Under the pieces are notes generated by a model. It did not search any database. It was not told where the DNA came from and worked only from the letters and a program-made list of their open reading frames with translations. Below are positions 1 to 15,195 of a stretch of DNA of 64,000 nucleotides, piece after piece. Both the position numbers and the translations under genes were made by a program. Each line of letters starts with the position of its first letter. The stretch's first letter is position 1. The stretch is from Paramecium tetraurelia (taxonomy: Eukaryota), in assembly GCA_000165425.1 (NCBI GenBank), contig CT868666.1, positions 1-64,000 of the forward strand, in the 5' to 3' direction.

Positions 1-1199
1 CTTTATGTGTTTAGAAATAGTGTTTAATATAATAATTAATAAATTAAATCTTCAAAAAAATTAATTTAACTAAATAAGTATTAGCATGGTATTTTCTAGT
101 AATAACTTTAACATCTTTTTAAAGGATATTTATCATTTTGAAGATCAAAATTAAACCAAATTTTATCTGTAAAATTGTAAAAAGTTTCATAAAACTTTAT
201 TATTTTTATACTAATTATCAAACTTACCCAATAGAAACTTATCGGAAAATTGTCAAATTGACTTTGAAATTGACGAATGACGTTAGAATAGAAATGATTT
301 TGATTATTACTATAAAGGAAGTCTTGTATTAAAATAAAATAATTTTGATAAATTTTGATGAATCTATTTAGAAAACTTGAGAGCACTTAAGAGCGACTCA
401 GAATAGGAGTAAAAAATAGGTAACGATTAAGATATCATAATTAGGATGTGTTTAATATAATTGAAATTTAAAATATGCCAAATCAACTCAAAAGTCAATA
501 ATATTAGAAGAAAATATATAGAAAATTTAGAGTTATTCTTCAAAGTGATTATATTAGAGAGATCAATGATAGTAGCCTACCAATGAATAAAGGATTTTTA
601 TTATTCTCTAAATATGTAAGAATTATAACAGATAATCTTTAATTGAATAAATTTTTACTATAATAATTGAAGAGTATAATAAAGTAAGTAAGAATTAAGC
701 TTTGCAAAAGAGTTGCTTAAAGTAATATACAATTCAATGAATTAACAATGTGTTGAACCGAGTGTTAAATTCTGATGATATTCTCTCATTTTTTCTTCAA
801 AAGGTGAGAATACTCTATTTTCAGAAAATTCAAGACAAATGTTCTATAAACACTGGTTTTAATTCAAACTAAAATAACCATTTGTTAGCATTAAAATAAA
901 TTATTGTTAAATTCGTAAGGATATGTAAATTATTATTTTTGTAAATCAATTAATTGATATTTTTAGTCTCAACCTATATTCTATTTTTCATAACTCTCTT
1001 TTATTACTAAAAGTTTCAAGTAGTATACTTTCCACAACTTTTATACTTCGCCATTTGAGATAGATGGAAAGTTATTTACTCTAGCATGCTGTCCCTGAGT
1101 AGATCTCACAAGATCAACCTGTCTGGAACCAAAAGAACACCATATTTTATCTATTATTTGATTTGAGTTTGCCTTAGCCAGTGTGAAGATTTAGTTAGT

Positions 1200-2420
1200 T
1201 AATTATATATAATCTTTTCCTGTTTTCAATTCTTTAATTGAAGAACTTTTCATTAGAAGAGCTACATATTCCAAAATAGGTTTTATGTAAGAAAGCCTAA
1301 GTTGGATTGAAGGTCTTAAAGTTAGTATCCCATTCTAGTCTGTAGCCTTTACTTTTAATAGTTTTTGCTAAACCTCAGAGCTGTTATGTTACCCAACTTG
1401 AACATTGATAAATTTGGTATAACTACATCATCGACTTAAGTATAATCCTAGATATTATTCACACTAATAATAATTTTAAGTGTGCTTACTCTATTCAGTT
1501 TAGGGAAGGTTATCTTAATAAATTTGATTTGATAGCAATTATTTATTTTTATATGCCATAAACTGATAGCATTATTACATTGACCAAACCCACTATGATA
1601 ATCTTATTTGAACTTTTATTATCTTATAATCTAAAAACTTATAAAGTAGTAGAGAAGTCTGCTGATCATGAAAAATAATTATAATCTACTTAATTTGGAA
1701 CCCTACATTCATTTACTTGGTTCCCAAAAACAGGTAGGGTGATGAATATCCAGAAAGTAATGTAGTACCATCAGATGAGAAGCATAAAGAATCCAAAAAA
1801 ATAACAAATATTACCTAATTTGGCTTTACATTTCAATTCAAATTCACGCAAATCACATTTATAAAATTAATTCTTTTTAATGATGTATCTTTAATCCTAG
1901 TAATCTCAAAGCATTATTTCTTCAGATGAAGATTCACCTTTTTTAAAATTTAATGATCTTTTCGTTATCTCTAAAATCTTTAGTGGAAAAAGATTTTATT
2001 AATCAAGTTTTGAAAAACTGAAATTTTCTCTCTTCTTAACATATAAACGATTAATCTCAATATTTATTTACCAGGTGTCTTCTTTTAAAACTAAAACCTC
2101 TTCCAAATCTTCTGACCAAAGAAAAAAACCCATTATTTATATAATCCTTAAGTGTATGTAAAAGCTTGATTGTTTCATGATATAATCCCCTTCGCTATTT
2201 TGTTCATTTTTTAAATAGCAGTCATCTCCAACTTTTCCAAAAGCACCCTTCTAATTCATCCATTCACCCTAATTATCTTCCAAAAAAACAATCTAGACTC
2301 ATTTTTCTAAGTCAGAATTTGAAATTTGTGCCTTATTAGTAATTTTAGTTATGATTTTTATGTATGATTAGTTTTTCATTAAATCAGATTATTTATTGAT
2401 GTTAAATTATCGCATCATTA
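1200..2420 (-). pseudogene. Decayed pentapeptide-repeat/WD40-repeat gene (copy 1), boundaries approximate
   Basis: Minus-strand remnants RIKDTSLKRINFIKCDLREFE (pentapeptide-like), SLCFSSDGTTLLSG and NNAISLWHIKNK (WD40-like), with no continuous open frame. Confidence 0.55.
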
Positions 2421-2599
2421 AAATTGAAGAAACGCTTTGTAAATTCCACAGTAAAGACACAAATACTTTATTTGGAAAGTTATATTTTTCTTGAATATGG
2501 AATGATTAATTTTCACTAGAAAATAATATTTTTAATAAATTCATTTTGAAAAATTTTGATTAATTTATCAACTAGGTACATATACTGATAGAGTTATCT

Positions 2600-3740
2600 C
2601 TACTATCAGGTGAGGTGTAATAAGGAGGCAATCAATTGAGAACAAAAGTTTAAGTTAGATTGATATAATAGTTTTGTCAACCCTGTATACTTCTCTTGTC
2701 TTAACATCCAGCAATTATTTAGATTTATCCTTACTACTAGATGCTAATATAGTGCCATCAGGAGAGAAGTATATTGAGTTGGCAATTCGATTAGGTCCAT
2801 CTAATTTAAACATTTGTTATCCTTTCTGATACATAGCCATCCTCGATTATAAATGCTAATTTAATAGCATTAGGTGAAAAGCATATCGAATAAACTCAAT
2901 TAATATTATTAACTAATTTGGCTTTTTATTCTCCTGGTTTAACATCCAATTAAAGGATAAAGTTATCAACATTGTTAGTTTCTATTGAAGAACAATCAGG
3001 AGAAAAGCAAACATAATTGACTCTTTAGTAAAACTCTCTAATCTATTTAATTGGTTGTATTTTAAATTTTTTTCCATTTGAATTCATTCAATTTCTGTTA
3101 ACATTTTCAAATTCAGATTCACTTAAATTTATATTTTTGAGACATTCTCCCTTAGACCAAATTTCATTTCCAAAAATAAATTAATTGTTTTTTATACCTC
3201 AAAGGTAAATTAAAGATTTTCAAAAATTTGATAATTTTTTATTGTTTCTATTGGTTTATTAATATTTTTCATCATACACTTAATTTTCTTGATGGTTTTT
3301 AGCATCTCATCTCATCACTTCACTTAATAATTACAGTATTCTTTAAATCCTTTTTGAGTATTGTTTTTTGCAAGAAATCCAAGGCAATCAGATATTTTCT
3401 TTTTACTAAATTTTTAAAGTATCACGTTGGTGGAAAATGCCTACCTAGCTTTCTTAGTAAAAAGCCTGTGAGTAGCTTATTTAAACAAGAAACAATCTGA
3501 TAAGTGCAATTTATTGCTTAATTAAAATATTGAATTTCTATTACTTTTTTTTGTTTAAGTATTAGACAGATGGCAAATGTATCTTATGTATTTTTTTTAG
3601 CTAGACACAAAATGTGAAATCGTACAGAAATTTGATCATATTAAAGTAAATCACCAAGTCCAGCAGTAAAATCAGCTTTTGTTCTGTTAGATTTATTAGT
3701 ATATGGAATAAATCACAATAAAAGAAATTGAAATCATTAT
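2600..3740 (-). pseudogene. Decayed pentapeptide-repeat/WD40-repeat gene (copy 2), boundaries approximate
   Basis: Remnants LSESEFENVNRN*MN and GQQMFKLDGPNRIANSIYFSPDGTILASSSKDKS..LLDVKT match the Paramecium WD40 repeat pattern (KLDGH..V.SV.FSPDGTTLASGS.DKSIRLWDVKTG). In-frame TGA and frameshifts present. Confidence 0.7.
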
Positions 3741-4627
3741 TATTTATCTCATTATTTGAAATAATTATAGAAAAAATAATAAAAGATAGCTTCTATTACA
3801 TAATAATTAAAAGAAGCTAATATCACATGGATAGAATTTAGAAAAGAGCAAAAATTTATTTCTGAAGAGATAAATAGAGATTATAGGAGACTCACTAGAT
3901 ATCTAATGTATTGAAGATAAAATTTTTGACTCCTCAGGGTCTGGAGAAGCCAAGAGGAACTAATTCCTTATTGTAATTACAACTATGTTGACAAATCTCT
4001 CTAAAATATTCATAAGTTCAACAGGCTAAATAGCACCTAACATTGAAACCTTTAACTAAATCAATAAAGTTAAATTTACTATACAATACTGCCCCTCAAC
4101 AAGATAATATATAAATATAACAACAGAAGTCACAAGTCAATTATTTAATTTGATACTCGCATTAATTTAGTAAGTGGCCTTATAAAATGTTATTCAAACT
4201 ATCCTAATCCATTAACATCATAATCTTAGTATAGATTGAATATTTTTCCTGTCATGTTTAAAATTTCTAATATTGCTTTTTCTTTAAAAAAAATTAAGAT
4301 CAAACTAAAAGGAATAAATTAATAACTTGAGCATTAAACCATAAAAATAAATAAGTATATTGCAAAATCAAATTAACATTCCTATTTGTAATTATTTAAA
4401 TTTTGTTATCTGTTATTTAGCAGAAACAAATCTAATGATATTTCAGGATTGATATTATCATAAAACAGTTTACTTTTTACAAAAATTTTGAAAGCAGAAA
4501 TTATTTAGGGTAATAATTGTTTATTTGATAGGTAGCTTGTTTAGTCTAAACAAATAATGTTAGTTTCATAATGTTGAGTTTCTCAAATTTATAAGTATTA
4601 TAAATGAATTAATTAATCTAACATAAA

Positions 4628-5851
4628 ATGTTAATATTTAAAATATTGATTTATTTATTAGTTTCGAAATCGGATGCATGCAAAATAACTGGGATTTTAT
4701 ACACACCTAAGTCTTTTCCTGCAAATAATGTGATTGTATCATTCAAAAACAGTCAAACTATAAGTAATAAAAAAGGAGAATTTGAATTGGAGATAGATTC
4801 AAATTTAGTATAAGGATAATTAAGTTTGAATATTGCAAATTAATTCACAATGTAAATTGAAATAAATAGAGATGATTGTCCTGTAAATTTAGGAAGAATA
4901 TTGTTGGATAATAAAGAAAGTGTGAAAACAAGTATTTCAGGTTGTGTAATTTAAAGTGATAATTTATTGCCAGTTTCTGAAACTACAATAAGCATAGTTT
5001 ATGATTAACCTACTCTTTTGGATATATAAGAAATTAAAACAGGACAGGATGGTTGTTTTTTAGCAAAAAACAAGTTGATGAAATTATTGGTATATCAAGC
5101 ATCAATATCAATCAATTTATAGGGATACTTTAAATAATAACAAAGTGTATAATTATATGACTCATATATTGCAGACCTTGGATAGATTTACATGAACCCG
5201 AATTACTATCTTGTTAATTTGTAAGTTAATATCAACAGAAATTGTTAAGAAAATTAAACATAAATTCAGAATTCAAATGTAGTGTAGATTTCATTTTCAT
5301 GTGGAACTGCATACAAATATTAATTTATGACATAGAAGGATGTTAATGTGATTTAACTAGATAAAGCATTTAAAGAAGGATTTGAGTACTCTTGTGGTAT
5401 TATGATAATGAACCCAAACTGTGGAATATTATATTCTGTATTGAAAGTGAAAGAGAAATCTAATATAACAACTGATTTCAACTTTAGCCCTTAAGTGATT
5501 AAGAAGAAGGCCTTATCAAGTACTAAATTCACTGGGAGAGTGTTGGAAATGCAAGGACTATAATGCACAGATAAGTAATAAAGTGCAATTGAGAGTGTAA
5601 AGATTTCGTATTATATCGAATTTACAGCGAAATAATTAATAAATTCGACATTAAGTGATAGAGAAGGTTATTTCACATTATATGCTGAAAACCCATTGAT
5701 AAATGGGTAGTTTAATGGTATATTTATTTTTTAGAAGGATGGATATTTGCCGAATGAAGTAGACATCACTTACAATACCATGAATAAGGATTAGGAATAT
5801 CCAATTGGAACAATACAACTGATAAATATGGGTGGATTAACGGAATGTTGA
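4628..5851 (+). CDS. Secreted 407-aa protein with carboxypeptidase-regulatory-like (prealbumin-fold) beta-sandwich repeats
   Basis: Intronless ORF in ciliate code with signal peptide. Repeats ITGILY..P..NVIVSF..TISNKKGEFEL, ISGCVI..LPVSETTISIV..KTGQDGCF..GY and FTGRVL..IESVKISY..LSDREGYFTL..KDGY. Confidence 0.7.
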
Positions 5852-5876
5852 TTTATTTATGAATCATTTAAGTTGA

Positions 5877-6794
5877 TCATTTAATTTTTTTTGCATCTTT
5901 CTCCCAGCTAGGAACATATCTAACAGGGAATCTTGATGAAGAATGATTTGTTTAAAATATTCTATCACACACACCCCAAATTCCATAATTGCAGGTGACA
6001 TAGAAATGGTGATTAATATGTCCGAATGGGTCCCATCTTCCATCATGAGCTGCTTGGGCATAGACAGCAGTCAAAAACCCGAAAAAGCTAATTGTAAGAT
6101 AATTTAACATACTGATGCCAAACTGGAGGGATAGGGTAGAATAGACATGGGAAGAAATGTCCTAATGGGCCTTATACAATGGCTTCAATTGGATGGACTG
6201 CATCTTAAGCAAATGCTGTAGGTTCAATAAATTCATGATGTTGCTTGTGAATGTATTTCCAAAAGAATGGTTGATGGAGGATGATATGAGTGACATAAAA
6301 GTAGAAATCGAAACCAATGGAATATCTAATGAATACAAGAGAGAGATACACAAAAAGTCCAATGAGCCATTCTTTCAATCCAAAATCATGTGTTTCATAA
6401 TATCCATAATATGGTGTTAGAGGTTCGATTTTCCACATGAAAATGGTGGCAAAGAGTAGTACCCAGAATAAGGCTTAAACTCCTCTACTGATTTCAAGTC
6501 TCATGTTTTTCACTCTGAAGGCAGATTTTGGTATTGGATTAGTAAATTCTAGGGCGGCTCCTGTTGCCAAATATGAAAAGTAGTAGAAGAGTCTAATTTG
6601 AAAATTTTTTGATAGTACCCTACATATAGATTGGCCCATAAGAAGTCTTCAAAAGTATCAATTACCAATACTCTAGTTTTGGTGTTTTGAGGTAGTTTGA
6701 GACCAGGTAGCATAGCTGCATATTAATGAATATTGAATGCATAGCAGGTAGTCAATAGTAAGGAAATTATGCAGATTTGAAATACAACTTTCAT
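5877..6794 (-). CDS. Fatty acid hydroxylase / sterol desaturase family protein (305 aa)
   Basis: His boxes HIILH, HKQHH, AHDG and HINHH followed by CNYG..W..CDRIF, plus TM segments. 918 nt with no intron needed. Confidence 0.88.
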
Positions 6795-6819
6795 TAAAAT
6801 AAAATATTGCACACATTAA

Positions 6820-8847
<2,028 letters not shown>

Positions 8848-9254
8848 AATAAATTATTTCTAAATGATGTGTATAATCAATTTATATACAAAGAGAATTC
8901 TTCTAGAAATTCTTTAACGTGTAATTAATAATTTTATTTTATTTATTTATTCATTCAAATTCATAATAAATAAATTATTCCTTATTTTGTGTTTCTTCAT
9001 GTTGTTAATATATAATCCACTCATTGGTTCATCAGAACATTCGTATATCATATTACAACTTAATACTTCTATGAGAATTCTAAAATCTATAAATTACTAT
9101 CATTTCAAAGATGATAAGATCTAATGACTCTCTTTTTCAAAATTATGCTCAAAAAAGACAAATAAATAATAGGATTATATTTAAGAGTAAATAATTGAGG
9201 ACTAAAAATAAAAGTCTTAAATTTTGAGGAGAATATAAATAAAATTATACATAT

Positions 9255-11064
9255 TCATAAATCAACATTGAAGTATAAACTTATGATTATGGTTCCCAAG
9301 ATACCTAGAAAACTTGCTATCAGTTAAAATGCTAAACTATATGTCATAGCTATTCCCAAGACAGTAAATGGTTTATTCTCCTCCTCATAGCATAAATCTG
9401 AATATGCCTAATCGATTGCATTCAAAACATATTATGAATACAAGAAAAACCAGTTTTTATTTTCATCTCCCAGCTGTATTCTATCTAATATAGATTTTAG
9501 AGTTTTAAACATAAAATCTTAGGGTTGCACATGATACTCCTTCTTAATGAAGGATTAAGTCGAAAGTTGCTAGTAAGTAAACATGTTTTTCTTTAACATG
9601 GTTTGATGAATTTAAAAATGTTTATTGATACGAGCACCTTACAGGACGACAAGAATAGATAGGAACATAATTGTAAGGACATCAAAGCTAATCAAAATGA
9701 ACAAAGAAAATTTGCTTTCGTCCCCTAAGGAGTAACAACTTATCACATTGAACATGTTTAAAAGGGCAAATAGAACTAATACCAAGATTATTTCTAAGCA
9801 AAATGAGATAATGGCATTTTCTCTCTGATAGTATTGTAGACCATAATCAAGGATTACCTTTCGCAAATTCTACCATGAAAATAAGGATTGCACACATAGG
9901 AAGTTCAAAGTGGGGAATATTTTGGTCTCATCATATTCTTCAACTTGTTAGGCAGAAATCAGATGAGATAGTTGATTCAAACAAAATACCTTCCTTTGTA
10001 AGTCTCTGAAGGTTATTAAAATGATGGTTATTACAATAAAGTAGCCAATGGTGTTGAGAGCAGTGATTGCAACAAACATTATAGTCTGCATTGGAGCTGC
10101 ATGCTGAAAGAATGAATATGTCACTGTGATGCATAATCGAATGATTGTGAAACCACAGGCTACAATAACGTACATGTATAAGGGAGACGACTCATTGTAA
10201 TATTGAATGATTTCTATTGCCATTTTAATCCCATTTCCAGCATACTTGCCTTCCACTTTCAGGTTCTCAAATTTATGAGAGATCTTTTCCCTTCTTTTTT
10301 CATTTGGTTAGACTATAAAGAAAAAAATGAACAATCCAGGTTCAATATGCAATCTTCTTATCGACTGTTCCAACTCAAATTAAATTAATTCTGGACTTTA
10401 CTAACACCATAGAAGTGGATTTATTTGATTTTCAAATTTATTTAGTATGACTTCAAGTGGAAACTTTTCTAACAGTTCTATCTTCTAAGGATGGTAGAAA
10501 GCTAACATTAAGTTTTAGACAACTAATTCTGAAAATATTTGGACAACAAAATACAGGAGTACTATTCAGATAAGAAAACAAATCATTACATTGAAGCTAA
10601 AATTAAGTCATTGGATGATAAATAAAGCCTATTACTAAAGCCATGTCCAAAGAATATCTAAGATAGGTGAATAGGCATGTCCATTTTAATCCAAATAGTT
10701 GAAAGTTATAAAGTAATTGCTTATGAGTCCAAATAAATATTGGAATAATCAAAGGTCCAAGAATGGTATATAATAAGGAGAAGATAGTATATTTTATAAA
10801 GGAGTTTACTTAAAAAAGGACCTCATGTGGCTTGCTTTTATATTTAGGGTTATTTGGGTCGAATTAGGAAATATCCAGATTGTCTTCCTTGAATATATCA
10901 TTTGTTAATGAAGTCTTTAGAATGTCTGGATCATTCTGGATTTTAGAACTCTATTGAATCATTTTGTTTTGTATATCTTAAATGATGGAACTATGAGTAT
11001 ACAAAGAAGGTGCCACACTTATCTATTCGTTGAAAAGTTCCTCTGGTATTTAATCATCCAACAT
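9255..11064 (-). CDS. Multi-pass membrane protein, PHTF-like (7TM ion channel / gustatory-receptor-like superfamily)
   Basis: Motifs RDLQRKVFCLNQLSHLISA, FPTLNF..QSLFSWQNLRKVILDYG..YQR and C-terminal EENKPFTVLGIAMTYSLAFQLI parallel conserved PHTF C-terminal blocks. One ~28-nt intron inferred near 10560-10590. Confidence 0.7.
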
Positions 11065-12677
11065 TTTTATTTTTAATATATTTATAATCATTTAGTAATC
11101 TAAAGGAGAAATTTATTCCTTTAATTCCGATCAATACAAACAAATTCCACCGAACTTATCACAATAATTTCTGAGCCATTACTATGCCCATGGTAGCTTA
11201 TCACTACTTTTTTTTTATGTCCCAAATCATCAAACTGAATTTAAATAATGAATTAACACATATTATATTGATTACGTAAAAAATTAGTAATTTAATACAG
11301 AGTCTACTCCTATATCAGAATTTTTATTCATTAATCTTTATAAATTCTAAGCTTGGCTGATGCATATGCACAATATATACTGGCCTCCTGGTTTAAAATT
11401 GTATTCTAAAGTCATAAAACCTGATAGGTCAAGTAGTAAATGATTAAGAATTTCTTTCGAATTAATCCTCTATGGACGCACATAAATAATACAGAGGAAC
11501 TTATTCTCAAATTTAATAATGTAGTATTAGTAAGGATTAATCAAATACAAGAGCATATCATGATCATAATGGTATTTAGTATCAAAAATGATTCATGTAA
11601 TATAGAATTGAATTCCTGATATACTTTAACCTTTTCTTGTGATATCAAATGCTGTATATGTGAATTGAGAAGTACTTTTAGTCATAGATCTCTGCTCATT
11701 AGGATCATTAATAAGATGATTGTACTAAAGAACAGAAATTCAAACAAGGAAATCTAAACTATGATTGAGGTTTTCTTAACGTATTGGATATATGATCTTA
11801 CGATTATGATGTTTAATCTTAGACTAATATTTGTTAGCTTTATTAAAAACAATATAATGTTTGTATAATTTATCAAATTTGTTGTTTGCGTCAAGATTCC
11901 TCATTTGAACAATCAATCTAAATCCCAACTCTATAGTTCTGAACTGATTAGATTGATATAATCTCCTACAATTACAAATTTTGAATTTCACTTTTGATCA
12001 CCTCAATAACTAATATAGTAATTAAATATTGCAAATGAAGGCTACTCTGCCTATAGTAAGGGTTGATGGTATGTCTACATGTATAACTAAGTACAATGAT
12101 TTCAAATTTTTAATTGGTGTCAATAAGGAAGGATGCAAATTTAATAGCTCATTTCAGAAAAGGATTACTGTGGAAGCTTTATAATAAATATAGCAACAAT
12201 GATGAGTAAACTCCACAATAATAAAGTTACATTCTTAAATTACTCACAATATTTAGATAATTACATTAATATAAGTTAACCTTGATTAATTAATTCCAGA
12301 ATTTAAATTATTTGTCCAATTTCGATATATCCATACTTTAAGAAGATGATAGTTCATAAATATTTGAGCATAATACGAATTTCTTATGGTTATGTTTATT
12401 CAAGATACTCTGCTTTAAATAGAGGAATTATCGAAATAATTCTTAAATTTCATGAATCCTCCTCAAACAAACAGGATAAGAAAATCTCAGTTACTTTTAT
12501 ATGTGAAGAAGAGATATTTATTTATATATTATTACGAATAATTATTCTATTGTTGAATAGAATAATTATTTATATACTTCTATAAATAGTGATTGGTGAT
12601 TTTTTCTGACAAGGAAAATTTGGAAATTTAAATTTCGATTCCATCTATTATGATTATATTATTAACTTAAGAAATAA

Positions 12678-13218
<541 letters not shown>

Positions 13219-13319
13219 GTTTTAAGAGCTTTTATATATTAAATAATTGTTAACATTTAATTAATCATATTACTCAAAACTGATGTTGTAATTTAAGCAA
13301 CTATTAATTATAATTTGTA

Positions 13320-14225
13320 ATGAATCAACCATTGGTTCTTGATTAGGGAGGACATGTCGGAGCAACTCTGCATTTCCAACGACACATCTTGTATTGGAAA
13401 AGATGGACAATCTTCTAATTCTTTTTTTTGATCCTCTCGACCTTACTTGGAGTTTGCTATATCTCAGAGAACAATTATCGCATCAATGGCGATTATGTGC
13501 CAATTATTGTGGGTGCACAAAACCTTATTCAAATTGTTGTGTATTTGAGATGGAGATGGGCCATGAAAAACAAAGTATTTTTATATTTTCATGCATAGAA
13601 TAACCTAATAGATTGCGCTAGATACTTAAACCAATAGCAAATGGTCAATTAAGGATGGTTAGAAGAAGTCGATATGCATTATTGTATAAGTTATACACCT
13701 AAATAGAGATTACAGGTATACAATCTACTCGATTGATTTCAAAATGCAATTAAAATTAGGGTACTTCTTTCGAATTCATGTAACTACTGTCTAATATCAT
13801 AGATGTATTCAAACTACTTCTTTTTCATTCCGATAATTTTCTGGTTGGCCGCCATTGTCCTAACAATTCTTTACTTCGACTTAACACGCATTTATCAATG
13901 GCAGTATTTGACATTCATCGTCATAACCTCCTTCATCACAGGCTTTGATCTCGTTGCACTGTTCACCTTTCCATTTTACTATTTTCCAAAATCCATTTTA
14001 AATTATTGCAGACGAAAAAAACATATTAAGCCCTACAATCCTAGTTCCTTCGATTAATCCACTTCCCAATGTGCTATTTGCCTCAATGAGTATCAAAAGG
14101 GTGAAATTGTATACATCCTCCCTTGCAATTCTAAACACTACTTCCATCAATAGTGCATCCAAAATTGGATTCAATACTAATCAATTTGCCCTTTCTGTAG
14201 AGCAGAATTTATCTATTTAGAATGA
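13320..14225 (+). CDS. Transmembrane RING-H2 E3 ligase-like protein
   Basis: Several TM segments and C-terminal CAICLNEY..ILPCNSKHYFHQQCIQNW..CPFCR. Small GT-AG introns. Confidence 0.85.
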
Positions 14226-14325
14226 TTTATGATGATATCCTAATCATTACTAATTTCAATCCCAAAATTTATTCTATATGTATTCAATTTAGAGCCAGCA
14301 AAATTATATATAATTAAAAATTAGA

Positions 14326-15152
14326 TCATTTGATTTATTTATTCTATCGTTGCAAAATCGATTTAAACTCCTCATTTGTTAAATTCGACTTTGACTTATG
14401 ACTGGAAGTGCAACTGCCATTACTTGTCATCACTTCAGAAGACAAAACACTCACATTCTAAATGATGTGTCTCTACTTCAAGGGCGTCTTGGAACTGATT
14501 TGAGTTGGCATTGTTTTTCTGGGGGGATGTGATTACACAACACCTAAAATCTAATCCACATAATGGGACTTTTGTTCCGAATTCAACTTCTCGAAATTAG
14601 GTATCATTAGATGCAGAAAGGAAGTAAATATTATGCCATTTATCTCATCAAATTATTTCTGATTCATGAATTTACTGTAATTATATCTTCCTTTTGCTAT
14701 TGATTTGCATTGAGTTTGAAAATTGTAACATTACGCCATCAATTACTTTATATGGATTTTCCTTTATTAAATTCTCTAATATCAGAATCATCTTACTTTC
14801 CTCAAGAAATTGTGAATGTGTCCTTCTAAGAATAATACGATCTATTTCAATCTGTAAAAATTGCAAACGTATTTTCTACTTAAGTATCCTCGATAACACT
14901 TCTAGATGCAGACACTACTTCTGACCATTCTTTTAGTTGGTTACACAAGTGATTAAGCATTGCGAGTAGATTTTTTTGATCTTTAAGGCTAAATGCAAAA
15001 CCCATACTCATTATGATGGTCTAATTATTATAATTGGAAATACCAAAAGATGAAAAATAGTTTATTCTTCTTATTTACTTTACAGCCTATCGAGCAAGAA
15101 AACCCCTGAATGTTTTTTGGATAATCGTGGCAGCATAATTTAACAATTCCAT
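14326..15152 (-). CDS. IQ calmodulin-binding motif protein
   Basis: N-terminal AATIIQKTFRGFLARQAVK. The rest is hydrophilic with no recognised domain. Confidence 0.7.
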
Positions 15153-15195
15153 TTTTTAAATTTGAATATTTATATTATTATTCAGAATATTTAAC

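Noticed and set aside
8894..9082. Heat-shock-element-like nTTCn/nGAAn pairs upstream of BiP (~8900-8909, ~9033-9043)
   Set aside because: Only two perfect pentamers each, which is not significant in AT-rich DNA without functional data
11260..12240. Possible gene or pseudogene between the PHTF-like gene and ARF
   Set aside because: Could not build a consistent exon chain or recognise a domain on either strand
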